DNA of 52,227 nucleotides, from positions 1-52,227 of IMG/VR virus record IMGVR_UViG_3300044695_002763. The stretch is one strand, 5' to 3'. Both the position numbers and the translations under genes were made by a program. Positions 36,770 to 46,743 of this stretch are shown piece after piece (positions within the stretch are counted from its first letter, which is position 1; every line of letters starts with the position of its first letter). The DNA comes from a virus (taxonomy: Duplodnaviria; Caudoviricetes). The notes under the pieces are model-generated. The model did not search any database, was not told where the DNA came from, and saw nothing but the letters and a program-made list of their open reading frames with translations.

Positions 36770-37347
36770 CACGCGAAGAATACATTAAACATCCAGCCAT
36801 AAGCGCAAGCCGTATAAAACGATTTTACACGGGCGACATAAGTTACGCGCAAACTGCGTTAGATGCAGGCGCGGCGTTCCATTTCGATTTACTTGAGCAG
36901 CCTTATGAAAGTATGCCACCAAACACGCAAAACGTTTATAATGCGATTCACGCGGTCGAAATGTTAGGCGAACTATTCGATAAATCGCATCACGAATACA
37001 TTACCCTAAACACGGTAACCGTTGGCGGCATAACGGTCGAAGGTAAAGGAATGATGGATTTATGCTGGCTTGAGCGCGGTATAATTGCCGACGTTAAAAC
37101 AACAAGCGCAAAGAATATAAAAGCCTTCGCCGCTGATATGGTAGCGCATTGTAACCATGTGCAAGCGGTTTGGTATTCGCTTTTGATGGGCTTTGACCCT
37201 CGGCAGTTTTACTATATAGGAGTACCGCCAAAGGTTAAAAAGTCGGGTAAGTTTAGCGACTTGTATTTGTACCGCCATAACGAGGATGAAATCGCAAGCG
37301 CAACGGATTTAATAATTAACTATTTGAACCATGAAGGAACGCGTTAA
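36766..37347 (+). CDS. PD-(D/E)XK exonuclease (homolog of 2051-2632)
   Basis: Same motifs. Confidence 0.7.
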   Translation: MTREEYIKHPAISASRIKRFYTGDISYAQTALDAGAAFHFDLLEQPYESMPPNTQNVYNAIHAVEMLGELFDKSHHEYITLNTVTVGGITVEGKGMMDLCWLERGIIADVKTTSAKNIKAFAADMVAHCNHVQAVWYSLLMGFDPRQFYYIGVPPKVKKSGKFSDLYLYRHNEDEIASATDLIINYLNHEGTR

Positions 37348-37582
37348 ACAAACGAAATTTGATTACCTAAAGCTAATTAGCCAACTCGATAGGCTCATTA
37401 AATGGATGCCTGACACGGGTGTCGGGTATCAAAAAAAGTTAACCAAGTGCGCCGAGTTTTGGTGGCTGCATAAAGGAACCATACCAGCGAACACGATTGC
37501 AATACTTTTAAAAGTTGAAAGAACCGATTTAATAAACTTACTCAATGCGCAAATCATCGAAAGAGGCACTTACATACGCTAA
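37331..37582 (+). CDS. Hypothetical protein (homolog of 2616-2867)
   Basis: Homology to unit A. Confidence 0.55.
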   Translation: MKERVKQTKFDYLKLISQLDRLIKWMPDTGVGYQKKLTKCAEFWWLHKGTIPANTIAILLKVERTDLINLLNAQIIERGTYIR

Positions 37583-37808
37583 CGACCTCGGCGACCTAAC
37601 AGAGTTTATAGGACATACTTACAAAAACGTAGCTGCATATCTTTTATCTTGCGGCTTCGAATATTTAGAGTGCTGTTTTAAGTATCGTAAAGTTTTTAAC
37701 GACCACGAAAACAATCGAAGCATTTTAATAGACCTTTACGACGAAACAACCGAGCTAAAGGGGCGCGTTGAATACATGATAGTTTGTAATAGTATTTACA
37801 AACGATGA
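37545..37808 (+). CDS. Hypothetical protein (homolog of 2830-3093)
   Basis: Homology to unit A. Confidence 0.6.
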   Translation: MRKSSKEALTYANDLGDLTEFIGHTYKNVAAYLLSCGFEYLECCFKYRKVFNDHENNRSILIDLYDETTELKGRVEYMIVCNSIYKR

Positions 37809-38197
37809 AAAGCCGCCAGCCACGCGAAAGCGATATTTATTCAGCCATTGCACGTTACATGAGTTTAAAGCACCCCGAAATACTTTTTAGGTTTGACTTT
37901 AGCGCAGGAACTAAAATGAGCATGGGGCAAGCAAGGGTACATAAAAGCATGAACCCGCAAAGAGGTTACCCCGATTTATTTATCGCTGCGCCGCGTGGAA
38001 ACTTTAGCGGTTTATTCATTGAAATCAAAAAAGGCGATTTTAAGCCGTTTAAACGCGATGGAACGCTAAAGCAAGATGAACACCTTACCGAACAATTTGA
38101 AGTCCTTACGCGGCTTAAAAACGCAGGTTTTGAGGCTTTGTTTTGCTCGGGCTTAGATGAGTGCATTGAAACGATTGAAAAGTATTTGAATAAATAA
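37805..38197 (+). CDS. VRR-NUC nuclease
   Basis: GYPDLFI...FIEIK. Confidence 0.75.
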   Translation: MKSRQPRESDIYSAIARYMSLKHPEILFRFDFSAGTKMSMGQARVHKSMNPQRGYPDLFIAAPRGNFSGLFIEIKKGDFKPFKRDGTLKQDEHLTEQFEVLTRLKNAGFEALFCSGLDECIETIEKYLNK

Positions 38198-38214
38198 ATT
38201 TTGTAAATTTGAAA

Positions 38215-38327
38215 CGTTTAGAGGTGGAATCCTAAACGAAACGAAATTAACTTATCGCCCTTTGGGTTTACGAGGCAAGGTGTATCCGAGCCGATTCCAC
38301 CGTAAATTTCAAGGGGCTTTCTATTTT
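38215..38327 (+). ncRNA. Rep leader pseudoknot RNA, unit B variant
   Basis: Loop GGTGGAATC (38223-38231) pairs with GATTCCACC (38293-38301). Confidence 0.75.
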
Positions 38328-38954
38328 ATGAAAAAATCGTTTGTACTTTATACGGATAACTGGGTAACATTAAAGCACCTTTCTAATGAGCAACTCGGAG
38401 AATTAATGCGAATGCTTTTTGAATATCAAATCGAAGGTGCAACGCCTGAACCGTCAAACCCTCTATTTATTGCTTTCGGGTTTATTCGCTCCGCTATGGA
38501 TAGAGATTTAGAAAAATGGAACGAACGAGCTGAACGTGCGAGGGTTAATGGTTTAAAAGGTGGACGACCAAAAGAAAACCAAGATGGTTTACAAGAAACC
38601 CAAAAAACCCAGTCGGTTAAATCAAAACCCAAAAAACCTGTTAATGTAAGTGTAAGTGTTAATGATAGTGTAAGTGTTAATGTAAATGCAAATGCTAACG
38701 CTAACTTTAAAAAGTGGAGCGAGCAAGATTTGATTGAAGCTATGACACCTTACAAGGATAGATACCCTAAAGAACTTTTAAACGCTTTCTTTAACTATTG
38801 GACTGAGCCGCTCGCAAACGGTAAAATACGTTTGACCTCTCAAGACGCTTGGGATACTGGTCGAAGGTTGGTAACATGGAATAAACGCGACACCGATAAA
38901 CAACCTAAAAACTCAACAGTAACACGCGCCTCGATGGGGCTAAAGATGCAATGA
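38328..38954 (+). CDS. Replication initiator (DUF6291-like N-terminus, different C-terminal domain)
   Basis: MKKSFVLYTD; C-terminal FFNYWTE...WD..RRL.TW. Confidence 0.7.
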   Translation: MKKSFVLYTDNWVTLKHLSNEQLGELMRMLFEYQIEGATPEPSNPLFIAFGFIRSAMDRDLEKWNERAERARVNGLKGGRPKENQDGLQETQKTQSVKSKPKKPVNVSVSVNDSVSVNVNANANANFKKWSEQDLIEAMTPYKDRYPKELLNAFFNYWTEPLANGKIRLTSQDAWDTGRRLVTWNKRDTDKQPKNSTVTRASMGLKMQ

Positions 38955-38985
38955 CAAAAATATTTTTAAAATAATTTAGAAAAAG

Positions 38986-39016
38986 TTTGCAGAATCAAAA
39001 AAGAGTTGTATGTTTG
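38986..39016 (+). promoter_or_regulatory. Early promoter
   Basis: TTTG-N19-TATGTTTG. Confidence 0.75.
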
Positions 39017-39044
39017 CCTCATCAAACTCTTAAACACTTACACA

Positions 39045-39251
39045 ATGACAACTTCAATTTTAACTACAAAACTTCGCAACGGTGTAACAGTATTAGCAAA
39101 AGCTGATAGGTATGGCATAAACGCCGTAGGTTACTCAAACCTAACACAAGCTAACGCACGTCAAATTAAACTTTCTTTAGAGGGTATTGATTGCTCGGTA
39201 TATCGCACACCATGTAATATGTCGGTAACCTACATTAAAATAAATAACTAA
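39045..39251 (+). CDS. Small early protein (homolog of 4394-4600)
   Basis: Identical protein. Confidence 0.6.
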   Translation: MTTSILTTKLRNGVTVLAKADRYGINAVGYSNLTQANARQIKLSLEGIDCSVYRTPCNMSVTYIKINN

Positions 39252-39306
39252 TCAAAACGGGCGGTTAACAGCCGCCCAACTTTTTAAATCTTTAATATTT
39301 TATACT

Positions 39307-39498
39307 ATGGAACGCAAAACAGTCAAAACAGAATTTGAAATAACAACAACATCAGAGGGTAAAATATTTGCAAAAGTTGGCGATATAATAATTATTTCAA
39401 ACCGCGATTCAGAGCATTACAATGTACATAAAGTGAATGATACTAAAATATTTTCGCGGTGGATGCGTAAAGGATGGATTAACGCAAAATGTAACTAA
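39307..39498 (+). CDS. Hypothetical protein (unit B-specific slot)
   Basis: Replaces 4655-4798; follows hairpin 39259-39277. Confidence 0.55.
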   Translation: MERKTVKTEFEITTTSEGKIFAKVGDIIIISNRDSEHYNVHKVNDTKIFSRWMRKGWINAKCN

Positions 39499-40884
39499 AT
39501 GAAACCACTACCAAAAATCGAGCAGGCTTTAATATTCCTTTGCCTAAACGCGGACGAAAATTATAAAGAGATAATGCCGCAACTCGGAGAACACTTATTT
39601 CAAGATGCCACCGCCCTAAGTTGTTTTAAGCTCATTAAGACAATCATAAAAGACGAAAAGCAACCGACGCTCCTAACCATTGCCCAATATAACAAAACCG
39701 AAAAAAGCCTAACGCCGCAAAACATTTCGGAGCTTGCAAGCTGGGGCAATGAGTTATCGTATAACGAACCCGTTAACGATTACATCGCAATTCTAAAAGA
39801 CGAACACATTAAACGCTCAGTTAGTTCAATACTTACCGAGCAAGCGTTAGGAATTGGAACCATGCGCAGCGGCATTGAAACCGCAACCGAAATAATAAAA
39901 CGCCTTAACTCTTTAATCGAGGACGGTAGCCCGACCGATAATATCATAAACATGGCTCAACTATCCGACGAAGAACGGCAAGCATATTACCGCCGCGCCG
40001 CTTTGTTTCAGTCGGGTAAAACGAGCGGATTAAACACGGGCTTAAGCGCCTTAAATCGTTTTACGGGTGGCTTTCATCCCGAACTAATAATCTTAGCGGG
40101 TCGCCCGTCGATGGGTAAAACCGCCCTCGCACTATTTCACGCGGTGCAATTTGGCGAGGCGGGTGTTTATTTTAACCTCGAAATGAATCGAAGCCAGTTA
40201 GCGCAGCGCCTTATTTTACAGCACGGCGAAAGCCTAATTAATAGCGCACGCCTTCGCGATGGTAACCTAACACAACCCGAACTACACGCGTTCGAGCAAT
40301 CGATAGGTAAAACAGAAAAGTTACCTATTTTGATTTACGATAAGGCTCGATGCGGCGTTCATGAAGCCGTTAGGATATTGCGCCGAGAGGTTCGTAAAAA
40401 TCATTGTAAGTGGGCTATAATCGATTATTTGCAGTTAATGACGATAGAAGGCTTTAAAGGCGGTAATCGCGAAGCTGAGGTAGCTGAGATAAGCCGCACA
40501 TTAAAAGCCGCGCAAAAGGAACTAAATATACCGATTATCGCACTTGCGCAATTGAGCAGACAAGTTGAACAACGCGCCGATAAAAGACCGATACTTTCAG
40601 ACCTTCGCGAGTCGGGTAGCATCGAACAGGATGCCGATACCGTTATGTTCGTTTGGCGACCTTCATACTATGCGCTTAATGAGGATAACGGCACGCCATA
40701 TACAAACGACGTTTTTTACTTATTCGAGAAACATCGGCAAGGCTCAACGGGCGAGGTAAGGTTTAAGCACAATGAAACGCTAACCCACTTTACAGATAAC
40801 GGCGGCAATACGGGTAGCACCTTTTTACCAGTTAAGGAAACGGCAATACTACCTAACGAAACATTTGATTTTACACCGTTTTGA
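39499..40884 (+). CDS. dnaB: DnaB helicase
   Basis: Same motifs as unit A. Confidence 0.95.
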   Translation: MKPLPKIEQALIFLCLNADENYKEIMPQLGEHLFQDATALSCFKLIKTIIKDEKQPTLLTIAQYNKTEKSLTPQNISELASWGNELSYNEPVNDYIAILKDEHIKRSVSSILTEQALGIGTMRSGIETATEIIKRLNSLIEDGSPTDNIINMAQLSDEERQAYYRRAALFQSGKTSGLNTGLSALNRFTGGFHPELIILAGRPSMGKTALALFHAVQFGEAGVYFNLEMNRSQLAQRLILQHGESLINSARLRDGNLTQPELHAFEQSIGKTEKLPILIYDKARCGVHEAVRILRREVRKNHCKWAIIDYLQLMTIEGFKGGNREAEVAEISRTLKAAQKELNIPIIALAQLSRQVEQRADKRPILSDLRESGSIEQDADTVMFVWRPSYYALNEDNGTPYTNDVFYLFEKHRQGSTGEVRFKHNETLTHFTDNGGNTGSTFLPVKETAILPNETFDFTPF

Positions 40885-40895
40885 TTTTTAATTTT

Positions 40896-41756
40896 ATGAA
40901 TGTACTGAGTTTATTTGATGGCATGAGTTGTGGGCAAATCGCACTTAATAATTTAGGTTTTAAAATCGAAAATTATTTTGCAAGTGAGATAAAAAAACAC
41001 GCTATACAATGCACTTTAGATAATTTCCCAAATACTAAACATATTGGGGATGTAACAAAAGTAAAAGGTGTTGATTTGCCTAAAATTGATTTATTAATAG
41101 GTGGTAGCCCATGTCAAGATTTTAGTAGGGCAAATAGTGTAAGAGACGGGTTAAAAGGAATGAAATCAATGTTGTTTTATGAATATATAAGATTGCTTGA
41201 GGAAACAAAACCTACTTACTATTTACTTGAAAACGTAATTATGGACGATTTAGGATATAATACAATAAGCGATTTATTAGGAACTGAGCCAGTAAGATTA
41301 TGCGGTAGCAGAGTAAGCGGAGCATTAAGAGATAGATTATTTTGGACTAATATAGGGCCTGAGTATAGGGATTTATTTGGCAACAGAAAGAGCGCGATAC
41401 CACAACCAAAAGATAAAAAGATAATGTTAAACGATATATTAGAATATGGTTATTCAGATAAGAAAAAACATACTTGTTTAAATACAAGTTGTGGGCGAGA
41501 TGCAAATCAAAGATATATGTTGCATAGATATGCAACGACAGGAATGACAACCATAATTTATACAGATAAAACAATGGACGAAAAAAAGGGGGTACGGTAT
41601 TGCACACAAACAGAGATTGAAAGATTGCATAATATACCCGAAGGATATACACGAAACTTAAATAAAGCACAAGCTGGCAACTTAATTGGTGATGGGTGGA
41701 CTGTTGGAATAGTTGAACATATCTTTTCTTTTTTGAATGGTTTTGAAAAAAAATAA
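40896..41756 (+). CDS. DNA cytosine-C5 methyltransferase (unit B-specific)
   Basis: LSLFDG (motif I), GGSPCQ (IV), ENV (VI), IGDGW (X). Confidence 0.85.
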   Translation: MNVLSLFDGMSCGQIALNNLGFKIENYFASEIKKHAIQCTLDNFPNTKHIGDVTKVKGVDLPKIDLLIGGSPCQDFSRANSVRDGLKGMKSMLFYEYIRLLEETKPTYYLLENVIMDDLGYNTISDLLGTEPVRLCGSRVSGALRDRLFWTNIGPEYRDLFGNRKSAIPQPKDKKIMLNDILEYGYSDKKKHTCLNTSCGRDANQRYMLHRYATTGMTTIIYTDKTMDEKKGVRYCTQTEIERLHNIPEGYTRNLNKAQAGNLIGDGWTVGIVEHIFSFLNGFEKK

Positions 41757-41770
41757 ATTTTGTTTAAAAC

Positions 41771-42010
41771 ATGACCACCGAAGAACGAATAATAGATTAC
41801 ATGACAAACTATGAACCCGAGCAAGGCGAATTTAAAGAGGGCGTTACGCATTACACCGATACCCTTAAAACGCATCGAAGCTATGCAGCGCAATTAACGA
41901 GCGCGCCGCGCACCTCGATAGCCTACCGATTGTATTTAAACCGCTCGCTCGATTGGTTGAAGCTGCTAAAAAAACACGGCATTAATTTGCAAAACGTAAT
42001 CAAAAAATGA
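41771..42010 (+). CDS. Hypothetical protein (homolog of 6213-6452)
   Basis: Homology to unit A. Confidence 0.6.
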   Translation: MTTEERIIDYMTNYEPEQGEFKEGVTHYTDTLKTHRSYAAQLTSAPRTSIAYRLYLNRSLDWLKLLKKHGINLQNVIKK

Positions 42011-42024
42011 GTATATTTGCAGCA

Positions 42025-42234
42025 ATGGAAGCAACACCGAAACCGATTTCGAAGCGTGGCGGTCGCCGTGAGGGTGCTGGTAGGTCGAAGCAATACGGCG
42101 AACAAACCTCGACGTTATGCTTTCGCGTACCGCAAACGCACCGCGAAAAGATTACCTCAATGGTTCGCGCATACCTCGAAGGATTAAAGCTCGAATACAA
42201 ATCAAAGAAACACGACCCCGAGTATGGATGCTAA
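42025..42234 (+). CDS. RGGxRxGAGR small DNA-binding protein
   Basis: Homology to unit A. Confidence 0.55.
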   Translation: MEATPKPISKRGGRREGAGRSKQYGEQTSTLCFRVPQTHREKITSMVRAYLEGLKLEYKSKKHDPEYGC

Positions 42235-42607
42235 ACTATTAACCATACCGTGTGCGATTGAATCAGTAGCCACACGCCGCGATAAAACGATTAAGGTAAC
42301 AATCGGAACGCAGGAACTAACACCCGAACAAACGAGCGCGCTATTTAATCAATGGATGGGTGGCGTAGGTGTTATGGCATTTAAAGGCGAACAATTCAAT
42401 TACAACGATGAACAGCTTTTAAATAATCTTAAACTCGATGCCGCCGAACTTGGAAGCAAAACACCGAGCCAGCGCCTACGCGCTACCCTGTACGTTCTAT
42501 TCGAACACGCGCCCGAAGGTCATAAGGATTTCAACAGCTTTTACGCGGCAATGATGGAGCGCTTTATTGAAATGGTTAAGAAACGAATCGACACTTATAA
42601 TTTGTAA
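42224..42607 (+). CDS. Hypothetical protein (homolog of 6666-7049)
   Basis: Homology to unit A. Confidence 0.6.
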   Translation: MDAKLLTIPCAIESVATRRDKTIKVTIGTQELTPEQTSALFNQWMGGVGVMAFKGEQFNYNDEQLLNNLKLDAAELGSKTPSQRLRATLYVLFEHAPEGHKDFNSFYAAMMERFIEMVKKRIDTYNL

Positions 42608-42619
42608 ATTTGTAATACT

Positions 42620-42763
42620 ATGCCACTATTTAACGGCGACACGCCCGAAGTAATACAGATGAACATTCGCAAGCTAATAGGCGAAGGTTACTCAAACGAG
42701 CAAGCGATAGCGATAGCATACGCGGAGGCTGAGAAATACCGCAAAGCAAGAAACAAGAAATGA
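42620..42763 (+). CDS. 47-aa basic protein (homolog of 7062-7205)
   Basis: Frame conserved. Confidence 0.65.
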   Translation: MPLFNGDTPEVIQMNIRKLIGEGYSNEQAIAIAYAEAEKYRKARNKK

Positions 42764-43299
42764 GCGTACAACTAATAAACATATCCGAGCTAACGGTTAA
42801 CCCGAACAACCCGCGCATTATTAAGGACGAAAAGTTCGATAAGCTGGTGCAATCGATTAAGGAGTTTCCCGATATGCTAAAGTATCGCCCGATAGTAGTG
42901 GACGAGAATAACGTTATTTTAGGCGGTAATATGCGTTTTAAAGCGTGCAAAGCTGCCAAGCTAAAGCAAGTACCCATTATGAAGGCAAGCGAGCTTACAG
43001 AGGCTCAAAAGCGCGAATTTATAATTAAGGATAATGTAAGCGGCGGCGAGTGGGATTGGGCGATGTTGCAAAACGAATGGGATACTGAACAGCTCGATGC
43101 GTGGGGCCTAGATGTGCCGAGTTTTGAAACACAAGACTATTCAGATAAAAACGAAGAAATTGATATAGATTCTTTAGATTTTGAAATGATTATAAAACTT
43201 AAATATACCGAAGAAGAGTATAATTTAGTTCGTAATCAATTAAGTAAAATAGCTTCAACACCTGAGCAAGCGGTTTGGAAATTATTAGGCAATGAGTAA
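42760..43299 (+). CDS. ParB-like protein with alternative C-terminus
   Basis: First ~118 aa near-identical to unit A, then unrelated. Confidence 0.8.
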   Translation: MSVQLINISELTVNPNNPRIIKDEKFDKLVQSIKEFPDMLKYRPIVVDENNVILGGNMRFKACKAAKLKQVPIMKASELTEAQKREFIIKDNVSGGEWDWAMLQNEWDTEQLDAWGLDVPSFETQDYSDKNEEIDIDSLDFEMIIKLKYTEEEYNLVRNQLSKIASTPEQAVWKLLGNE

Positions 43300-44323
43300 A
43301 TATAGGTTTCCATATAAGTGGTATTTAAAAGACGGCTATCCTCAAAGCAATGGCTTAAAAGTGTTCGGCACTTTTATTTGTGGGGGTGGCTCAACTATGG
43401 GCTATAAATTAGCTGGCTTTGAGCATTTAGGAGGCGTTGAAATAGACCCACCAATAGCAGACGTTTATAAAACTAATCACAACCCAAAATATTTGTTTGT
43501 TGAAGATATTCGAGATTTTGCGAATAGACTAGACTTTCCTGAAGATTTATACAACCTTGATATTTTAGATGGTTCGCCGCCTTGCAGTTCGTTTAGTATG
43601 GCAGGCAATCGTGAAAAAGACTGGGGCAAAACAAAAGTATTTAGGGAGGGGCAAGCAGAACAGCGATTAGATGATTTATTTTTTGATTACATACGACTTG
43701 CAAAAAAGTTACAGCCAAAAGTTGTTATAGCTGAAAATGTAAAAGGATTAATTCAAGGCAATGCAAAGGCATACGTTCACAGGATAAAAAAAGAGTTTGA
43801 AGCTGCAGGATATAAAGTTCAATTGTTTTTGCTTAATGCTGCGAGTATGGGCGTACCTCAAAAACGCGAAAGGGTATTTTTTATTTGTCAAAGAAACGAT
43901 TTAAACTTTCCTAAATTAGAATTAAATTTTAATGAAGAGTCAATAAAATTAGGTGAATTCATAGATAGCTCAAAAGGATTAAATTTATCAAAAGACGGAA
44001 AGTTATATTCAGATTGGTTACAAAGAATAGAAACAGATAAAAATTTTGGAGATATTTGTTTAAGAACAGAAAAAAAACAAAAAAGCTTTGGAAGAGTTTT
44101 GATTAAAAAAAATGATTATGCTCCGACAATTGTAAGCGGAAATCAATATATTTATTTTGATGAATTTAAAGAAATATCAAATCAAGATATTCAACAAATA
44201 GGTAGCTATCCTCTTGATTACAACTTTAAAAAGATTGAGCCAAAGTATTTAATAGGTATGTCAGTTCCTCCTGTTATGACCGCACAGATAGCAACTGAAA
44301 TTTATAATCAATGGTTTAAGTAA
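43292..44323 (+). CDS. DNA cytosine-C5 methyltransferase
   Basis: F.CGGG, GSPPCSSFS, ENV, PQKRERVF, GMSVPP. Confidence 0.85.
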   Translation: MSKYRFPYKWYLKDGYPQSNGLKVFGTFICGGGSTMGYKLAGFEHLGGVEIDPPIADVYKTNHNPKYLFVEDIRDFANRLDFPEDLYNLDILDGSPPCSSFSMAGNREKDWGKTKVFREGQAEQRLDDLFFDYIRLAKKLQPKVVIAENVKGLIQGNAKAYVHRIKKEFEAAGYKVQLFLLNAASMGVPQKRERVFFICQRNDLNFPKLELNFNEESIKLGEFIDSSKGLNLSKDGKLYSDWLQRIETDKNFGDICLRTEKKQKSFGRVLIKKNDYAPTIVSGNQYIYFDEFKEISNQDIQQIGSYPLDYNFKKIEPKYLIGMSVPPVMTAQIATEIYNQWFK

Positions 44324-44341
44324 TACAGCGAAAAAACAGCG

Positions 44342-44656
44342 ATGCCAAAGCCAGAAAACATAGAGCCACATAAATTCAAGAAAGGGCAAACGGGAAACCC
44401 TAACGGGCGACCCCGCAAGCTGCCCGAACTTGATAAGCTGTTAGCCGATGTATTAGGCGAAGAAAAGGACGGCGTAACTGCGGGCGAAGCGATATTGAAA
44501 GCAATTCGCGCACGCGCAGCTAAAGGCGATGTAAGGGCTGCGGAATTATTATTAGACCGTGCCTATGGTAAACCGAAGCAAAGCATTGACAATAATATAA
44601 CAACAACTGAGCCGCTTGTTATCATACGCACCGAACCGAGCAAACCGAATGAATGA
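44342..44656 (+). CDS. terS: Terminase small subunit (putative)
   Basis: Homolog of 8619-8933. Confidence 0.7.
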   Translation: MPKPENIEPHKFKKGQTGNPNGRPRKLPELDKLLADVLGEEKDGVTAGEAILKAIRARAAKGDVRAAELLLDRAYGKPKQSIDNNITTTEPLVIIRTEPSKPNE

Positions 44657-45930
44657 ATTTTACGCTAACCGAAACACAAACGACCGCGTTCGATTACGCC
44701 GTTAATGGCAGTAAACGCGTTATTGTTTTCGGGGGCGCGATTCGAGGCGGCAAAACGTATTGGCTTCTATTAACTCTAACATCGCTTTGTTTAACATACC
44801 CGCGTTCGAGGTGGGCGATTATTCGTAAAAGCCTACCCGATTTAAAGCGTACCACTTTCCCGAGCTTTGCCTCAATAATGATGGACGGGGTAAGTAGTTA
44901 CGTTAAGAACTGGAATAGGGAAACGAACGTTATCACTTTTACAAACGGCTCGGAGCTTATCTTCATGGCTGAAAGTTTCGACGACGATAAAGACCTTAAC
45001 CGCTTTAGAGGTTTAGAGATTAACGGCGCGGGCTTAGATGAAGTAAACGAATTGCAGGAAGTAACATTCTACAAAGTTCAGGAACGTATAGGCAGTTGGA
45101 ATAAAGCGCATGGTAAGCCGCCTATCGTTTGCCTCGCAACGTGCAACCCCGCTCAAAACTGGGTTAAGTCGATTATTTACAACCGTTACCGCGAAAACAC
45201 ATTACCCGAGCGTTGGGCGTACATACCGAGCCGAATAACCGATAACCCACACATCGCGCCCGAATACTTAGATGCACTAAAAGAATTGCCGCCTATTCAA
45301 TACGCCCGTTTCGTTGAGGGCGACTGGGATGTATTAGACGACGTTGCTAACCCGTTCTTATACGCTTGGAGCGACGAAAAGCACATCGACGATAGTGTAA
45401 CGCACAACGCGCATTTACCTACGTTTATAAGCGTCGATTTCAACATTAACCCGTTATGCGCTTTGGTTATTCAAAACGTTGGCAGCTCGGCTATGGTAGT
45501 GGATGAAATAAAGATAGAGCGCGGCTCGATAGATGCGTTCTGCGATGCGGTCGAAGCATTGAACATACCAACGGGCTTAATACGCATAACAGGCGACGCA
45601 ATGGGCAAAGGTGGTACAATACAGGAACGCGATAACTCGAGCGCTTACATTCAGATTAAACGCCGCCTTAAGTTAGCCGATAACCAAATAATTATACCAG
45701 CGAACCCGCGACACGTTAACAGCCGTATCGATTGCAATACCGCGCTCAAGAAACTCGATATACGCGTTAATAGTAAAAATTGCAAAGGCTTTGTTTTCGA
45801 TGCTAAGCAAGTGCAATGCAACGCGGACGGGCAAATAATAAAAAGCAATCGAAAAAACATTTCTGAGCGTGCTGACTTTTTAGATTGTTTTCGTTACTTT
45901 GTGAACGCAATTCTAAAGCGATACTTATGA
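44653..45930 (+). CDS. terL: Terminase large subunit (intact)
   Basis: GAIRGGKT Walker A, LDE Walker B, nuclease domain. Confidence 0.9.
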   Translation: MNFTLTETQTTAFDYAVNGSKRVIVFGGAIRGGKTYWLLLTLTSLCLTYPRSRWAIIRKSLPDLKRTTFPSFASIMMDGVSSYVKNWNRETNVITFTNGSELIFMAESFDDDKDLNRFRGLEINGAGLDEVNELQEVTFYKVQERIGSWNKAHGKPPIVCLATCNPAQNWVKSIIYNRYRENTLPERWAYIPSRITDNPHIAPEYLDALKELPPIQYARFVEGDWDVLDDVANPFLYAWSDEKHIDDSVTHNAHLPTFISVDFNINPLCALVIQNVGSSAMVVDEIKIERGSIDAFCDAVEALNIPTGLIRITGDAMGKGGTIQERDNSSAYIQIKRRLKLADNQIIIPANPRHVNSRIDCNTALKKLDIRVNSKNCKGFVFDAKQVQCNADGQIIKSNRKNISERADFLDCFRYFVNAILKRYL

Positions 45931-46280
45931 GCGTTTGTACACCTTGCTTCGATTCAGGCATTCAAGTAGCTTACTGTAACGGCGGTATAGCGTTCGGATT
46001 TGTAGAACCCGAAACTAACTACACGATAACGCTAAAGCACAACGCAACGAATAAGGTTCAAGTGTTTAACGCCGAATCCGATTTAGATGGGCTGCTAACC
46101 ATTACGGGAGCGAAGATAGATAACGGGCAAGGCTACACGATTGAGTTAGCAGGCTGCAACAAGTTTACGATTTGTGAAGTCGAATACGATTGCATTAGCT
46201 TTAGCGTGGCGAACATTGAAATAATCAGCGAAGAACCCGAAGTAATTAACTTAATGGAATGCGTAGTATGCAACGGATAA
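45927..46280 (+). CDS. Hypothetical protein (homolog of 10243-10596)
   Basis: Homology to unit A. Confidence 0.55.
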   Translation: MSVCTPCFDSGIQVAYCNGGIAFGFVEPETNYTITLKHNATNKVQVFNAESDLDGLLTITGAKIDNGQGYTIELAGCNKFTICEVEYDCISFSVANIEIISEEPEVINLMECVVCNG

Positions 46281-46477
46281 AATCAATATTACACGGCTGG
46301 TATCTTTGGGTAACATCGAACAAGGAAGCGAACGCGCTAAGTGATACGCGAACGCCTATTTGCCAATTATGTCAGCATCGCAATAAGTTGTTAAACGTTT
46401 GTAATGAGTGCGGTTGTTTCTTGCCCGCTAAAACGCGTGTACAAGATGCGCAATGCCCGCACGACTATTGGAGCTAA
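46268..46477 (+). CDS. Cys-rich small protein
   Basis: Homology to unit A. Confidence 0.6.
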   Translation: MQRIKSILHGWYLWVTSNKEANALSDTRTPICQLCQHRNKLLNVCNECGCFLPAKTRVQDAQCPHDYWS

Positions 46478-46479
46478 AA

Positions 46480-46743
46480 ATGACTGGGTTCATCCTCTGC
46501 CAAGCGTTCCTGACCGAGTCGCTCGATACCGAGGATGAAACCCTTCGCGAACTAAGCGAGCGCGATATTGGGTTCGTTGAGGTGCTAATAAACGTAAACG
46601 ATATAAGCCATGTGTTTAGCGGCGAAACTGAAGATTCAATAATTCAATTGCGTAGCGGCAATATCATAAAAGTAAAAAATGACATCGACCACATTATTCA
46701 GCAAATTAGGCGTGCGACTGCGATTAATATTTTCGCGCAATAA
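46480..46743 (+). CDS. Small hypothetical protein
   Basis: Homology to unit A. Confidence 0.55.
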   Translation: MTGFILCQAFLTESLDTEDETLRELSERDIGFVEVLINVNDISHVFSGETEDSIIQLRSGNIIKVKNDIDHIIQQIRRATAINIFAQ

